A stretch of 64,000 nt of DNA from Thermodesulfobacteriota bacterium (GTDB taxonomy: Bacteria; Desulfobacterota_D; UBA1144; Nemesobacterales; JAJCZQ01): positions 256,001 to 320,000 of the forward strand of contig OZ244044.1 of assembly GCA_965215275.1 (NCBI GenBank). The letters are read 5' to 3'. The notes under the pieces were generated by a model. It made no database searches. It was not told the origin of the DNA and saw only the letters and a program-made list of their open reading frames with translations. Below are positions 53,249 to 63,715 of this stretch, piece by piece. The translations under genes were made by a program, and so were the position numbers. The number at the start of each line of letters is the position of its first letter. The stretch's first letter is position 1.

Positions 53249-54196
53249 TCAATTTTTTAAAGAACTTAAGAGATTAATTAAAAAGTCTAAGAATTCAATT
53301 AATCCGCCAGTTACAAATAATAAGATAAGAATTACAAGAATAGCCGGAACACCAACAGCCGTTCCTAATCCAGCAACCCCAATATTGCCAATCAAAATAC
53401 CAACTCCAACAACAACCCCTAGTAAGACAACTTGGATTTTTTGCTTAAAAGTTAATTGATCCCAAATCTTTGGAATCTCATCTTTTATAATTTTAATTGC
53501 AGGGTCTATTATTTCTAAATTAGAAAGAGTCTTTGCCACCTCTTTAAACCATTGTCCTTTTTCAGATAAACTTGCGTTATCATCGGGAATATTTTTCTTA
53601 TGTTTTTCTAAGTCTTCTAAGACGACTTCAACATTACCTTCATCATCAAGCTTATCCTTAAACTTATCCTTCGATCTTATAACCGCATCCTTTAAGATGT
53701 TAAGGAGCGAACTTTCGTCCGCGTTCTTCTTGTCTTCATTGGCTCTTTGGCTATCTTCAACCTTTCTGAACAGTTCAGAAAAATCGCTATAATAAATAAT
53801 TCGTTGACCTGAAGGTATCTCAATAGTTGTTCCTGCCTTTCCCTCTCTGTCAACTGAAACACTTAATCTTACTTCATTAATCTCACTTGGTAGATCTGGC
53901 ATTGATTTCAGACGAATTTCAAGGTCTTTAATATGCTTGCTGACCCTGTCAAGTGCTTCTGACCACTTAGGCGTTCCCTGTGGGCACGAGTTAACATTAT
54001 CGATTCGGTCATTAATCAGATCTATTAGGCCGACGATGTTATTCGTTTGATCTTTTTCTTTTTTATATACCCAATTCTGTACCCTATCCCCAAGTCTTTT
54101 AAAAAATCCAACTTCTTCACAAGTTTCTGCAAAGGTAGCAGAACTTGGAATAAGTAATAATAAAAGGATAATAAATATTTTCATCTTGTTCACCAA
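53249..54196 (-). CDS. Hypothetical exported protein with C-terminal hydrophobic hairpin
   Basis: Signal peptide MKIFIILLLLLIPSSATFA; C-terminal Gly-rich hydrophobic IGVAGLGTAVGVP. Confidence 0.65.
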   Translation of the reverse strand: MVNKMKIFIILLLLLIPSSATFAETCEEVGFFKRLGDRVQNWVYKKEKDQTNNIVGLIDLINDRIDNVNSCPQGTPKWSEALDRVSKHIKDLEIRLKSMPDLPSEINEVRLSVSVDREGKAGTTIEIPSGQRIIYYSDFSELFRKVEDSQRANEDKKNADESSLLNILKDAVIRSKDKFKDKLDDEGNVEVVLEDLEKHKKNIPDDNASLSEKGQWFKEVAKTLSNLEIIDPAIKIIKDEIPKIWDQLTFKQKIQVVLLGVVVGVGILIGNIGVAGLGTAVGVPAILVILILLFVTGGLIEFLDFLINLLSSLKN

Positions 54197-54285
54197 TGAA
54201 TAGAGGATTGACTTGCTAGGTTGCGTAATACTATCTTGATGTTTATATCTGCCGCATTGATTTCGTTAATAACAATATAACTCAT

Positions 54286-54645
54286 TTACTTCACCTCATT
54301 GTTGTTTTGATAATCCAAAATGGACTTGTATTCGCCTGGATATAACTGTCTAAATTCTTCTTTATCTTTCTCTGATAAAGTAAAATACCACCATACATAA
54401 TCATCCATAGACCATTCTCGAGTCCAATCATCAATGTTTTTACCAATCCATAACAACATCAATAAACCAATTACTACTAATGCCAAACATGTGCTGAAAC
54501 GCACTGCTACTACAAAGTATTGATGTTGGTATTCTTGCAAACCGCTTTTTATCCACTGGTTAGCATCCGGTGCGTAACTATAAACAGCAGATACATACAA
54601 AAGAACTAATATGGTAAATAAAAACCAAAATAAAAACTTTTTCAT
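54286..54645 (-). CDS. Hypothetical membrane protein
   Basis: Two hydrophobic segments; AT-rich. Confidence 0.55.
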   Translation of the reverse strand: MKKFLFWFLFTILVLLYVSAVYSYAPDANQWIKSGLQEYQHQYFVVAVRFSTCLALVVIGLLMLLWIGKNIDDWTREWSMDDYVWWYFTLSEKDKEEFRQLYPGEYKSILDYQNNNEVK

Positions 54646-54751
54646 AAGAGCTTCCGACTTTTATTTTGTTTTTTACTCATTGTACCATTTAAATGTTAAT
54701 TTGAACAAGGGATATCAGTTAGTTTAATCCTCAGAAAGGACTGCGTCATTG

Positions 54752-57700
54752 TTATGTATTTATCTGAGATCTTCTCTTTTTTCTAATTATTACTGATACA
54801 GGTATTAGCATCAGAGATGCTACTGCTACGAGCAGATCAGAAGCAACTTCGTTCTGACCGGAGATTGCACATCCCCCACCACCGCCTGCATCACTAACTG
54901 ACGTCGGACCTCGCGTTGGTGGTCTTTGTGTTGGTGGCGGCAGAACAGTTGGAGTTGTTACTTTGATCGTAAAACTCAACTCATCCATATCCTTATCTTC
55001 ATCTATCACCCTGTACATATAATTACCAATTGATGCTCTGGTCGGTATTCCGCTTATCGTTCGGGTAACTGAATTAAAACTCAATCCAGTAGGTAAAGGA
55101 AGGTTTATACTGTAAGTCAGAACTCCATCCCCTCCCGCTGCCTCAGGCAGCGTCTCTGATGTTGTCTGTCTCCCTACTGTGTAATGCTGAGTGGAAATGG
55201 ACTCTCCATCAAAGGTCGGACTCCTGTCTGCTTCTACCGTGATACCAAAACTCAACTCGTCCGTATCTCCATCTTTATCTGTTACCGTATACGTGTAAGT
55301 AGTCTCAAGTGCTGCAGTAGTGGGTGTGCCACTTAACTCTCGGATAGCTTCATTAAAACTCAATCCAGCAGGCAATGCTGGGGTTATACTGTAAGTTAAA
55401 GGCGCGTTTCCTCCCGTTGCCTCAGGCAGCGTCTGCGGGGTTATCAGGCTCCCTGCTATGTACTCCTGATCAGTGATTGTTGTACCACCAAAGGTCGGAC
55501 TCCTGTCTGCTTCTACCGTGATACCGAAACTCAACTTATCCGTATCTCCATCTTCGTCTGTTACCGTATATGTGTAAGTAGTCTCAAGTGCTGCAGTAGT
55601 AGGTGTGCCACTTAACTTTCGGGTAGCTGAATTAAAACTCAATCCAGCAGGCAATGCTGGGGTTATACTGTAAGTTAAAGGCGCATTCCCTCCCGTTGCC
55701 TCAGGCAGCGTCTGCGGGGTTATCAAGATCCCTGCTATGTACTCCTGATTAGTGACCGTTGCACTACCAAAGATCGGACTCCTGTCTGCTTCTACCGTGA
55801 TATGGAACGTCAAATCATCCGTATCCCCGTCCTCATCCGTTACTGTATATGTATATGCTGTCCTGCCCACTGCAGTAGCCGGTGTTCCGCTTATCATTCG
55901 GGTAACTTCATTAAAACTCAATCCAGCAGGTAATTCTGGGGTTATACTGTAAGTTAAAGGTTCATTCCCTCCAGTTGCAACAGGCAGCATCTGCGGGGTT
56001 ATCAAGCTCCCTGCTATATACTCCTGATTAGTGATCGTTTCACCGTCAAACCTTGGCACTGTGTCTCCGGCCCTGTGACCATAAACTTTAATGCCCCATG
56101 AGTGTAAAGTCCCTGTATCTGTATCTTCAGGAGAAAAGTCAGATATTTTCAAAGTCCACTCTCCAGCAGAACTTTCTCCCAAGTGCTTGGCTGAACCAAA
56201 ACGATGAGTGTATCTGCTGTATACGAAATCTGATGCGCTGAGTGAAGTGGACAGTGCTCCTGATGCAAATTCCTCAGTAAGTTTAGATACAGTACCAACA
56301 GGGGACATTATCTGTATATTTAAATCTGGTAAGAAACCATGGGAGAGTTCGAGATAAATCTCTACAAACTCTGTAAAAAGCTCATTATCGGATATGGTCA
56401 GTCTGGAAATAGTTTCTCCGTCTCCGGTTCTGCTGTAGTCGACAATTGTCATATTAATAGTAGACGAGGAAACGGTCAGGGTTCTTATTGGCGTTGGTGG
56501 AATCCTGTTCCAGTTCTCAGCAAGTTCTACTGCTGCATCAGCATCTACCACACCGAAACCGTACTTTGGATTGTAATTATACCTCTCTGAATCAGAACCA
56601 TATTTAAGTGCTCCTGTCTCCCATCCTGAGTCTGAAGCGTCGTTCTTACGAGCTGAAGCTGCAAGTATTAACTTAAGATCTCTCCAGCTAAGCTGGCCGT
56701 TCACCTCTCTCATCAGTGCTGCTACACCTGAAACCTGTGCTGCTGAATATGCCGTTCCACTTGCATCAAAAATATATCCATTGTTATAAGATTCAGTAGT
56801 TGTAATATGTTCTCCTGGAGCACATACCCATAGATTTACTCCTTCTTCTGAAAAAGAACTCTTACTTCCCTCTCCATCTACTGAACATATTGTAGTTACT
56901 GCGTAGTAGTTAGAATACTCGTCAAAATTAGCCTGATCTGCGTCTTCATGTCCATCTCCAGCCGCCCAAACGTAAAATACCCCTTTACCACCGAACCCTT
57001 CACTTATACCCGTTCTCACTCCTTCTTCCCACCTTGATAAAGCCCCGCGAAGAAGAGGCAACTCATCCGGTCCCCAGTTGTTGTTCGATACGGCTGTTAT
57101 ATCTTTATTACGTATCATAGCATTTTTTACGTTAGCGTCGACAGGATTCCGCCAATTATAACTATTGTCTAAATCATAATTATAGATGGTTGCCTCTGGT
57201 GCTACACCTCTCACTCCAAGACTGTTATCACCGACTGCTGCTATAATGCCTGCCACACGTGTACTTGAATAGTCATTGTGGTATCCGTATCCTATGTAGT
57301 AATGATGATTCAGACTGGTATTTACATTATCAGTAAGGTCCTCGTGCCCTATGTGAACACCATCATTTACCACTGCTATGTTAATTCCAGCACCGAATAT
57401 GTCATCATCCCAGACCCCTTCTATGTTTATATCTTCTCCTGCTGTTATTGTCTTACCGAAAATATTCCGTCCTGTATTTTTCAGATACCACTGACAGCCG
57501 TAGAGAGGTTCACTTGGAAAATTGGTATTACTGGAGTCACAATGATCAATATAATCAGAAAGAGTAGGATCAGTTGCTTCAGCTGTAAGTCGAGAGTACT
57601 CTGTATTACTATTGCTTTCCACAACGATATAGTACGTTCCTGATGGGACGATAGCTGTAATCTCCCGAAGTCTACCTGCCAGAAGTCTACCTGTACTACC

Positions 57701-59469
57701 GTCTATCAGATTATTATTGCTGTTACACAAATGTATACCGTATTCGTGTGAACTGTGTCCGAGATCAAGACTGTCAAAAATTATACCTATATCTATGGTA
57801 CTAAGAGGGTCTGTTAAGTATGCCTTATAGTAATGTAGTCCTCCACCACTAGCGAAACTTCCACTTTGTCGCGTGCCGCCCAACCACAATCTTCTAATAT
57901 TACTTGCACTGGAAGCACCTTCACAATAATAAGAAGGATCAGGATCAGTTTTTGTAGCTCTAAGTTCACTGTAGCTTATAGAATCATCGCCTCCCACAAC
58001 GATATAGTGTGTTCCCGATCTTACGGTAGCTGTAATACTTTCACGACTTACGCCAAACTCATCACTTGTACCAGTAGTACTGTCTATCAGACCATCATTG
58101 CTGTCACACAACTCTAAACTGTATTGGACCCCACCAGAACCTTGGCCGAAGGTTATATCTATATCTAATTCTGTAAGAAGGTCCGTTACTTCTATCTCAT
58201 AGTAACGAAATTCAGCACCAGTATTGAAACTTCCACTTTGCTCCATTCCGTCAAGCGTCAGGATAGTTGAACTTTGCCCTGAGTTGCAATTATTAGAACC
58301 AGCTCTGATATAGTAGTCTGTAGAATAATATTTATTGGTATAGCCTTCCAAAACGATATAGTACGTTCCTTGTTCGACAGTAGTTGTAACATGCCGACCT
58401 CTCCATGTACCGGTGGAACTGGCTATTATATTATTATTGCTGTCACACAAAACTAAACTGACTGCGGAAGAACTGACATCAACTGTTGAGGTCGTAAATA
58501 CAATTACTTTGCTAAGAGGGTCTCTTACACTTACTTGATAATAGTGCAGTTTACCAGCTCTTAAACTTTCATGTCGTCCATGTCCGTCCAACCACAATCT
58601 TCCAATATTACTTGTACTGGATGCACCTTCACAATAATCGGAATAATCACTTGTTGTAGCTGTAAGTCCAGAGTAGTCTATACTATCATCACTTCCCACA
58701 ACGATATAGTACGTTCCCGATCTTATGATAGCTGTAATATTCTCAGGACTTGCAACACCACTACTTGTACCAGTAGCACTGTCTATTAAAGCATCATCGC
58801 TGTCACATAAAACTAAAACGTAGTCGACACCATTACCAGTACCAAAAGTTATATCTATATCTAATTTTATACCAGGGTCTGTTACATCTATCTGATAGTA
58901 ATGCAGTTCACCATTAGCATTGAGACTTCCACTTTTTGAATCTCCGCCAACCTCCAGCGTATCTTCGGTACCTTCACTGGCATCGCAATATTCGGAAGGA
59001 GCAGGAGCATCTTCATTAGCACTGACATAGTAGGCTGCACTATACTGGCTATTGATATAGCCTTCAAAAACGATATAGTATGTTCCCGGCCCGACCGTAG
59101 CTGTAACACGCCGACTTTTCCCCGTACCTGTAGAACTAGTTATCAAATTATTATTGCTGTCACACAACTCTAAACTTACTGTGGTACTATAAATATAACT
59201 AAGTGAAAATCCCGCCGTTATAGTTACTTTGCTAAGAGGATTTGTTACATCTATCTGATAGTAACGTATTCCACCCCAGCCATTGAAATCGCCATTGAAA
59301 GTTCCACTTTGCTCCGTTCCCTCAAACCCCAATATAGCTTCGATACTTGCACTGGAGTCACAATTATTACTCTGTCCATATGCCTCAATGGATACAAAGC
59401 ATAGAAGAAAAAAGACAAAGAGAATTACTAATTTAGATGGGGGGGGGTAGAATCTAAATAAATGTTCAT
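54752..59469 (-). CDS. Paralog 3: 5 N-terminal PPC-like repeats + S8 pseudo-protease + P-domain + 4 Ig-like repeats + GGGGC-TM tail; frameshifted at C9
   Basis: ATG 59469 gives MNIYLDSTPPHLN*. One extra C gives MNIYLDSTPPPSKLVILFVFFLLCFVSIEAYG, in frame with ORF 54752..59332. Confidence 0.88.
54960..56060 (-). repeat. Four tandem Ig-like (He_PIG-type) repeats, 279-bp period
   Basis: GGACTCCTGTCTGCTTCTACCGTGATA at 55218, 55497 and 55776; LP.GLSF...R.LSGTP motif. Confidence 0.9.
59439..59447 (-). repeat. C9 tract (coding strand) in paralog 3 signal region
   Basis: G9 on the + strand. Confidence 0.95.
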
Positions 59470-59479
59470 AACCTGTTTT

Positions 59480-59509
59480 ATTCTACTTTGTATCCTGACC
59501 GAATGTCAA
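59480..59509 (-). promoter_or_regulatory. Sigma70-type promoter of paralog 3
   Basis: TTGACA-18 bp-TAGAAT, 10 nt before the ATG; near-identical to the paralog 1 promoter. Confidence 0.7.
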
Positions 59510-59863
59510 GAATAACCTCTTTAGTAAACAAAAAGCCGTTATCAAAGCAAGAAAACCTAAAAATAAGGTCGGTCATACTAAAAGATCCGTTCAAAACTTT
59601 ATAGTCAGCATCATATATGAAGTAATCAATAATAAATGCGACCACAATGAAACTAACTTAAATTACCATCCTCTTCTCACTATCTGCTCTAATATCCACA
59701 AATAACTTCTCAAATAGATATATCTTTGCCCTACTCTATCCATAACCCTTATAAATTAACATTTTCTCCACTTCTAAGGTACACTTTCCCTCAATGTTAA
59801 ATATAATTGTAATATTTGCTTGATGTTTATATCATTACTAACTTAACACAGAGAGGTACATAA

Positions 59864-60130
59864 ATGACCGACACAAAAAACAACCAAGGTGGTTTCAAGC
59901 TTGATTTCTCAGGATTTATATTATCACTCAATACATCAGCATTAATTCATCTTGGTGAAATTCCCGACCCTGAATCCAAACAAAGAATGGTGAACTTACC
60001 TGCGGCAAGACACACTATAAACATTCTGGAAGTCATCACTGAAAAAACCGAAGGGAATTTATCGGAAGAGGAACAGAAACTCATTAATGACATTATTTAT
60101 GACCTCAGGATGAAGGTAATAAAAACTTAA
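59864..60130 (+). CDS. DUF1844-family protein
   Basis: F..FILSL.TSALIHLGEIPDP, A..TI.IL....EKTEGNL. Confidence 0.8.
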   Translation: MTDTKNNQGGFKLDFSGFILSLNTSALIHLGEIPDPESKQRMVNLPAARHTINILEVITEKTEGNLSEEEQKLINDIIYDLRMKVIKT

Positions 60131-60172
60131 ACCTGAATATTCAATATTATAGATAACTCTCTCAAACTAAAT

Positions 60173-61612
60173 ATGAATTATCGCTCAGTCATAAACGACT
60201 TCAAGAGCAAGAAAGTACTTGTGATCGGAGATCTGATCCTGGATAAATACATCTCCGGCACAAGCGGCCGTATATCTCCCGAGGCTCCCGTGCCTGTGAT
60301 CAGTCATAACGGGACCGAATATCAGCTGGGCGGGGCTTCGAACGTTGCAAAGAATATCATAAACCTGGGCGCTGAAACACATCTGATCGGAACGGCCGGT
60401 AAGGATAACAATGGAAGGACCATAACAAAGCTGCTTGGCAAAGCAGGTATAAACCCGGAAAACATTATTAAGGACAGTAACAAACCGACAACGCTCAAGA
60501 CGAGGATCATTTCAGGTAACCAGCAGCTTCTGCGAATTGACGAAGAGCGTACCTCTGAGATCTCCTCCGATATACAAGACCAGCTGCTGGAGATGATACA
60601 AAAGGTCATTCGTACCAGCAACCCGGACGCAGTAATAATATCGGATTACAATAAAGGAACGGTAACGGATAAGATCTGCAGAGTGGCGATAAAAATGGCT
60701 GGAAGGTCCGGTGCTTTCATAGCCGTTGATCCAAAAGGGAAAGATTTCAGAAAGTACAGGGGAGCAAACGTTATAACCCCGAACAGAAATGAATCCGAGA
60801 CCGTCTATGGTAAGCCGATATCAGATAATAACGTACTGGTCAAAGCACTAAAGAAAATAAAAAGCGATACAGGAGCGGAAGGGGTCGTGATCACAAAAGG
60901 AAGTGAAGGGGTAAGTTTTATAAAAGGGAATAAGGTCTTTAACGTTCCAACTGCCGAAAAAGACGTATACGACGTAACGGGAGCAGGAGATACATTTATC
61001 TCCGCTTTTACCCTGTCGGTCCTGTGCTCCGGTTCATGGACGACCGCCGCAAAGATAGCCAATGCAGCGTCTTCCGTCGTAATTGACCACCTGGGAACGG
61101 GTTCACTTACCCGGGACCAGCTGGTGAACAGGCTCTCTTTTCCGGAAAAGATACAGAATATAAGGGATCTGATCCCTGTTCTGAACGAAAGAAGAAAAAA
61201 AGGAGAAAAGGTCGTCTTTACCAACGGATGCTTTGACATCCCTCACGCCGGACACGTCAAGTTCTTAAGGGAATCCAGAAAATACGGCGACCTGCTGGTC
61301 GTAGCGCTCAACAGTGACAGATCGGTAAGAAAATTAAAGGGAGAAAACAGACCTTTCTTCTCAGAGAACGACAGAGCTGCAATAGTATCTGAGTTCACAT
61401 GTGTGGACTACGTCATCATCTTTGACGAAGATACGCCCTTGAGCACGATAAAAAAATTAAGGCCGGACGTTATTACAAAGGGAGCCGACTATAAGAAAGA
61501 GCAGATAGTTGGCAAGGACCTTGTGGAAAGCTGCGGTGGACAGGTAAGGATAGTCCCGCTTGAACAAAACAGGTCGACCTCGTACTTTGCAGACAAGATC
61601 AGAAAAGATTAA
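60173..61612 (+). CDS. hldE: Bifunctional heptose-7-P kinase / heptose-1-P adenylyltransferase
   Basis: RISPEAPVP, DVTGAGDT, TNGCFDI.HAGH, KGADY. Confidence 0.93.
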   Translation: MNYRSVINDFKSKKVLVIGDLILDKYISGTSGRISPEAPVPVISHNGTEYQLGGASNVAKNIINLGAETHLIGTAGKDNNGRTITKLLGKAGINPENIIKDSNKPTTLKTRIISGNQQLLRIDEERTSEISSDIQDQLLEMIQKVIRTSNPDAVIISDYNKGTVTDKICRVAIKMAGRSGAFIAVDPKGKDFRKYRGANVITPNRNESETVYGKPISDNNVLVKALKKIKSDTGAEGVVITKGSEGVSFIKGNKVFNVPTAEKDVYDVTGAGDTFISAFTLSVLCSGSWTTAAKIANAASSVVIDHLGTGSLTRDQLVNRLSFPEKIQNIRDLIPVLNERRKKGEKVVFTNGCFDIPHAGHVKFLRESRKYGDLLVVALNSDRSVRKLKGENRPFFSENDRAAIVSEFTCVDYVIIFDEDTPLSTIKKLRPDVITKGADYKKEQIVGKDLVESCGGQVRIVPLEQNRSTSYFADKIRKD

Positions 61613-61627
61613 CCGGCTGATCCAATA

Positions 61628-62536
61628 TCAAGGCTCAATACTTGAAAGCTTTGAGAACTCGGCGTATCTGGCGTTTATATCCTCTCTTTTGACGTTTGCC
61701 AACCGGTCCACACTGAAACTTTCCACTGTAAAGGACGCCATGACGCTGCCGTAGAAAACGGCTTTTTTATAATCCATGTTCCCTGCTGATCCGCAACCGG
61801 CCATATAGCCCATAAAACCGCCGGCAAACGTATCCCCGGCACCCGTCGGATCAAAGACGTCCTCGAGCGGATAGCCTGGAGCACAGAATATACCTTTACC
61901 GTTGAACATCAGCGCTCCATACTCGCCTCTTTTGATCACAACGGTCCTTGGACCCATGTTCATTATCTTACGTGCTGCCTTAGTTATTATAGGTTCACCT
62001 GACAGTTCCCGTGCTTCCGAGTCGTTGATCATAAGAATATCAACGAAGCTTAAAAGTGATCTAAGCTTATCGGGCTTGTTCTCTATCCAGAAGTTCATCG
62101 TGTCGCACGCCACTATCTTAGGTCTTTTCATCTGCTCAAGTACCGACATCTGTATAACGGGGTCGATGTTTGCCAGGAACACGTACTCGGCTTCCTGCAT
62201 GTTATCAGGTACGACCGGTCTGAACGTCTCGAACACGTTCAGATGAGTGGACAACGTCTTTGCTTCGGAAAGGTCGTATCCATATTCACCTTCCCACCTG
62301 AACGTAAATCCGTCCTTTTCCTTCTTTACACCATCCACGTTTATCTCCTTCTGCCTCAACAGATCAAGATGTCCTTCAGGAAAATCCCCTCCGACCACTG
62401 CCACTACGTTGACCCCGGTAAAGTGGCTTGCAGACAGAGAAAAATACGAGGCGGAACCGCCAAGCACGTTACTTACCTCTCCAAACGGTGTTTTAACGGA
62501 ATCAAGTGCCATTGAACCAACAACAAGTAAACTCAT
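61628..62536 (-). CDS. PfkB-family sugar/nucleoside kinase
   Basis: GGSASY, DPTGAGDTFAGG. Confidence 0.9.
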   Translation of the reverse strand: MSLLVVGSMALDSVKTPFGEVSNVLGGSASYFSLSASHFTGVNVVAVVGGDFPEGHLDLLRQKEINVDGVKKEKDGFTFRWEGEYGYDLSEAKTLSTHLNVFETFRPVVPDNMQEAEYVFLANIDPVIQMSVLEQMKRPKIVACDTMNFWIENKPDKLRSLLSFVDILMINDSEARELSGEPIITKAARKIMNMGPRTVVIKRGEYGALMFNGKGIFCAPGYPLEDVFDPTGAGDTFAGGFMGYMAGCGSAGNMDYKKAVFYGSVMASFTVESFSVDRLANVKREDINARYAEFSKLSSIEP

Positions 62537-63390
62537 TATAAATATCTCCCCACCAACAGTTCTACTTTATCCCTATCGGCTTTTTTGATCTCACTTCGTG
62601 GCGTTATAATGGAATCTTTCAGCGACGAACCACACTTACAGTTCATCTTATCGGGTATTGACACGGTCAGTCTCTTGATTATAAGTTTTGCCATATCAAC
62701 GTTTTTCCTAAGCGTGTCAATAATGTCACCAACTGCAACTTCAGCGTGTTCATCATGCCAGCAGTCATAATCCGTCGAAAGGGCCATCGTGGAATAGCAG
62801 ATCTCCGCCTCCCTTGCCAGTTTGACCTCCGGCATGTTCGTCATACCGATAACGTCCACATTCCACTGCCTGTACAACTCACTTTCTCCCTTGGTGGAGA
62901 ACTGCGGACCCTCGATACAGATATAAGTCCCTCCCATATGTGCCGTAGCACCTGAATCAACGGCTGCTTCGAACAGGATCTTTGACAGATGGGAACAGAC
63001 GGGGTCGGCCATTGAAACATGTGCAACGATGCCGCTGCCGAAAAAAGTGGATTCCCTTTTCCTGGTCAGATCAATGAACTGAGTGGGAACTACGATGTTC
63101 CCAGGTGCTATCTCATCCTTCATGCTCCCGACCGCACTTACTGATATTATCCACTTCACGTCCAGCATTTTCATTGCATAGACGTTTGCACGGTAGTTAA
63201 TGTCCGAAGGCATGATCTTATGCCCTTTTCCGTGACGCGGCAGGAAAAAAAGTTCTGCGTCCCCGAGAAAGCCCCTTATTATCTGTCCAGATGGGTCTCC
63301 CCAAGGCGTTGAGAGGTTTATGGTCTCAACGTTCTTCAATCCGTCCATCTCGTACAGACCACTTCCGCCAATTACACCTATCTTGAACAT
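62536..63390 (-). CDS. mtnP: S-methyl-5'-thioadenosine phosphorylase
   Basis: GGSGLY, PRHG, EGPQFST, GMT..PE..LAREAE, TDYDCW. Confidence 0.93.
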   Translation of the reverse strand: MFKIGVIGGSGLYEMDGLKNVETINLSTPWGDPSGQIIRGFLGDAELFFLPRHGKGHKIMPSDINYRANVYAMKMLDVKWIISVSAVGSMKDEIAPGNIVVPTQFIDLTRKRESTFFGSGIVAHVSMADPVCSHLSKILFEAAVDSGATAHMGGTYICIEGPQFSTKGESELYRQWNVDVIGMTNMPEVKLAREAEICYSTMALSTDYDCWHDEHAEVAVGDIIDTLRKNVDMAKLIIKRLTVSIPDKMNCKCGSSLKDSIITPRSEIKKADRDKVELLVGRYL

Positions 63391-63608
63391 AGTTTTATTG
63401 AAAAACGTACAATTCTCCTTCTTTGCCCCTGTGCATAACCTGAAGCAGGCAGAAGCGTCTTAACAAAAATAGCAAGGTTATCAATAAACAGGTACTTTAT
63501 CAACATTTATTAAAAAAAGGGAACTATATATTTAAACAAAAAAAGAAAATGATCCGGACATCCTGATGTGACCTCTGTCATTAAATAAAAAAACGCTGTT
63601 CGTTATAT

Positions 63609-63715
63609 TTGACATTGCAGCAGAACAGAAGTAGAGTATAATCATAATGCGTATCCCTGTTATCCCCCCCCCCCACCACCATATACTTGACCTTTCAACT
63701 GAATATAGCTATCCT
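63609..63715 (+). promoter_or_regulatory. Tandem promoter cassettes of paralog 4
   Basis: TTGACA-17-TAGAGT-9 nt-ATG 63647; TTGACC-17-TATCCT-9 nt-ATG 63725. Confidence 0.6.

Noticed and set aside
12496..59332. ORF-track starts at 14667, 34287 and 59332, and calling these genes active proteases or dead pseudogenes
   Set aside because: The frames stay open upstream to the C tracts and include signal peptides; the triads are mutated, and the only frame lesion is in the tract
61225..61256. HldE motif GCFDIPHAGH instead of GCFDILHAGH
   Set aside because: A single substitution with HxGH intact; its effect cannot be judged from sequence
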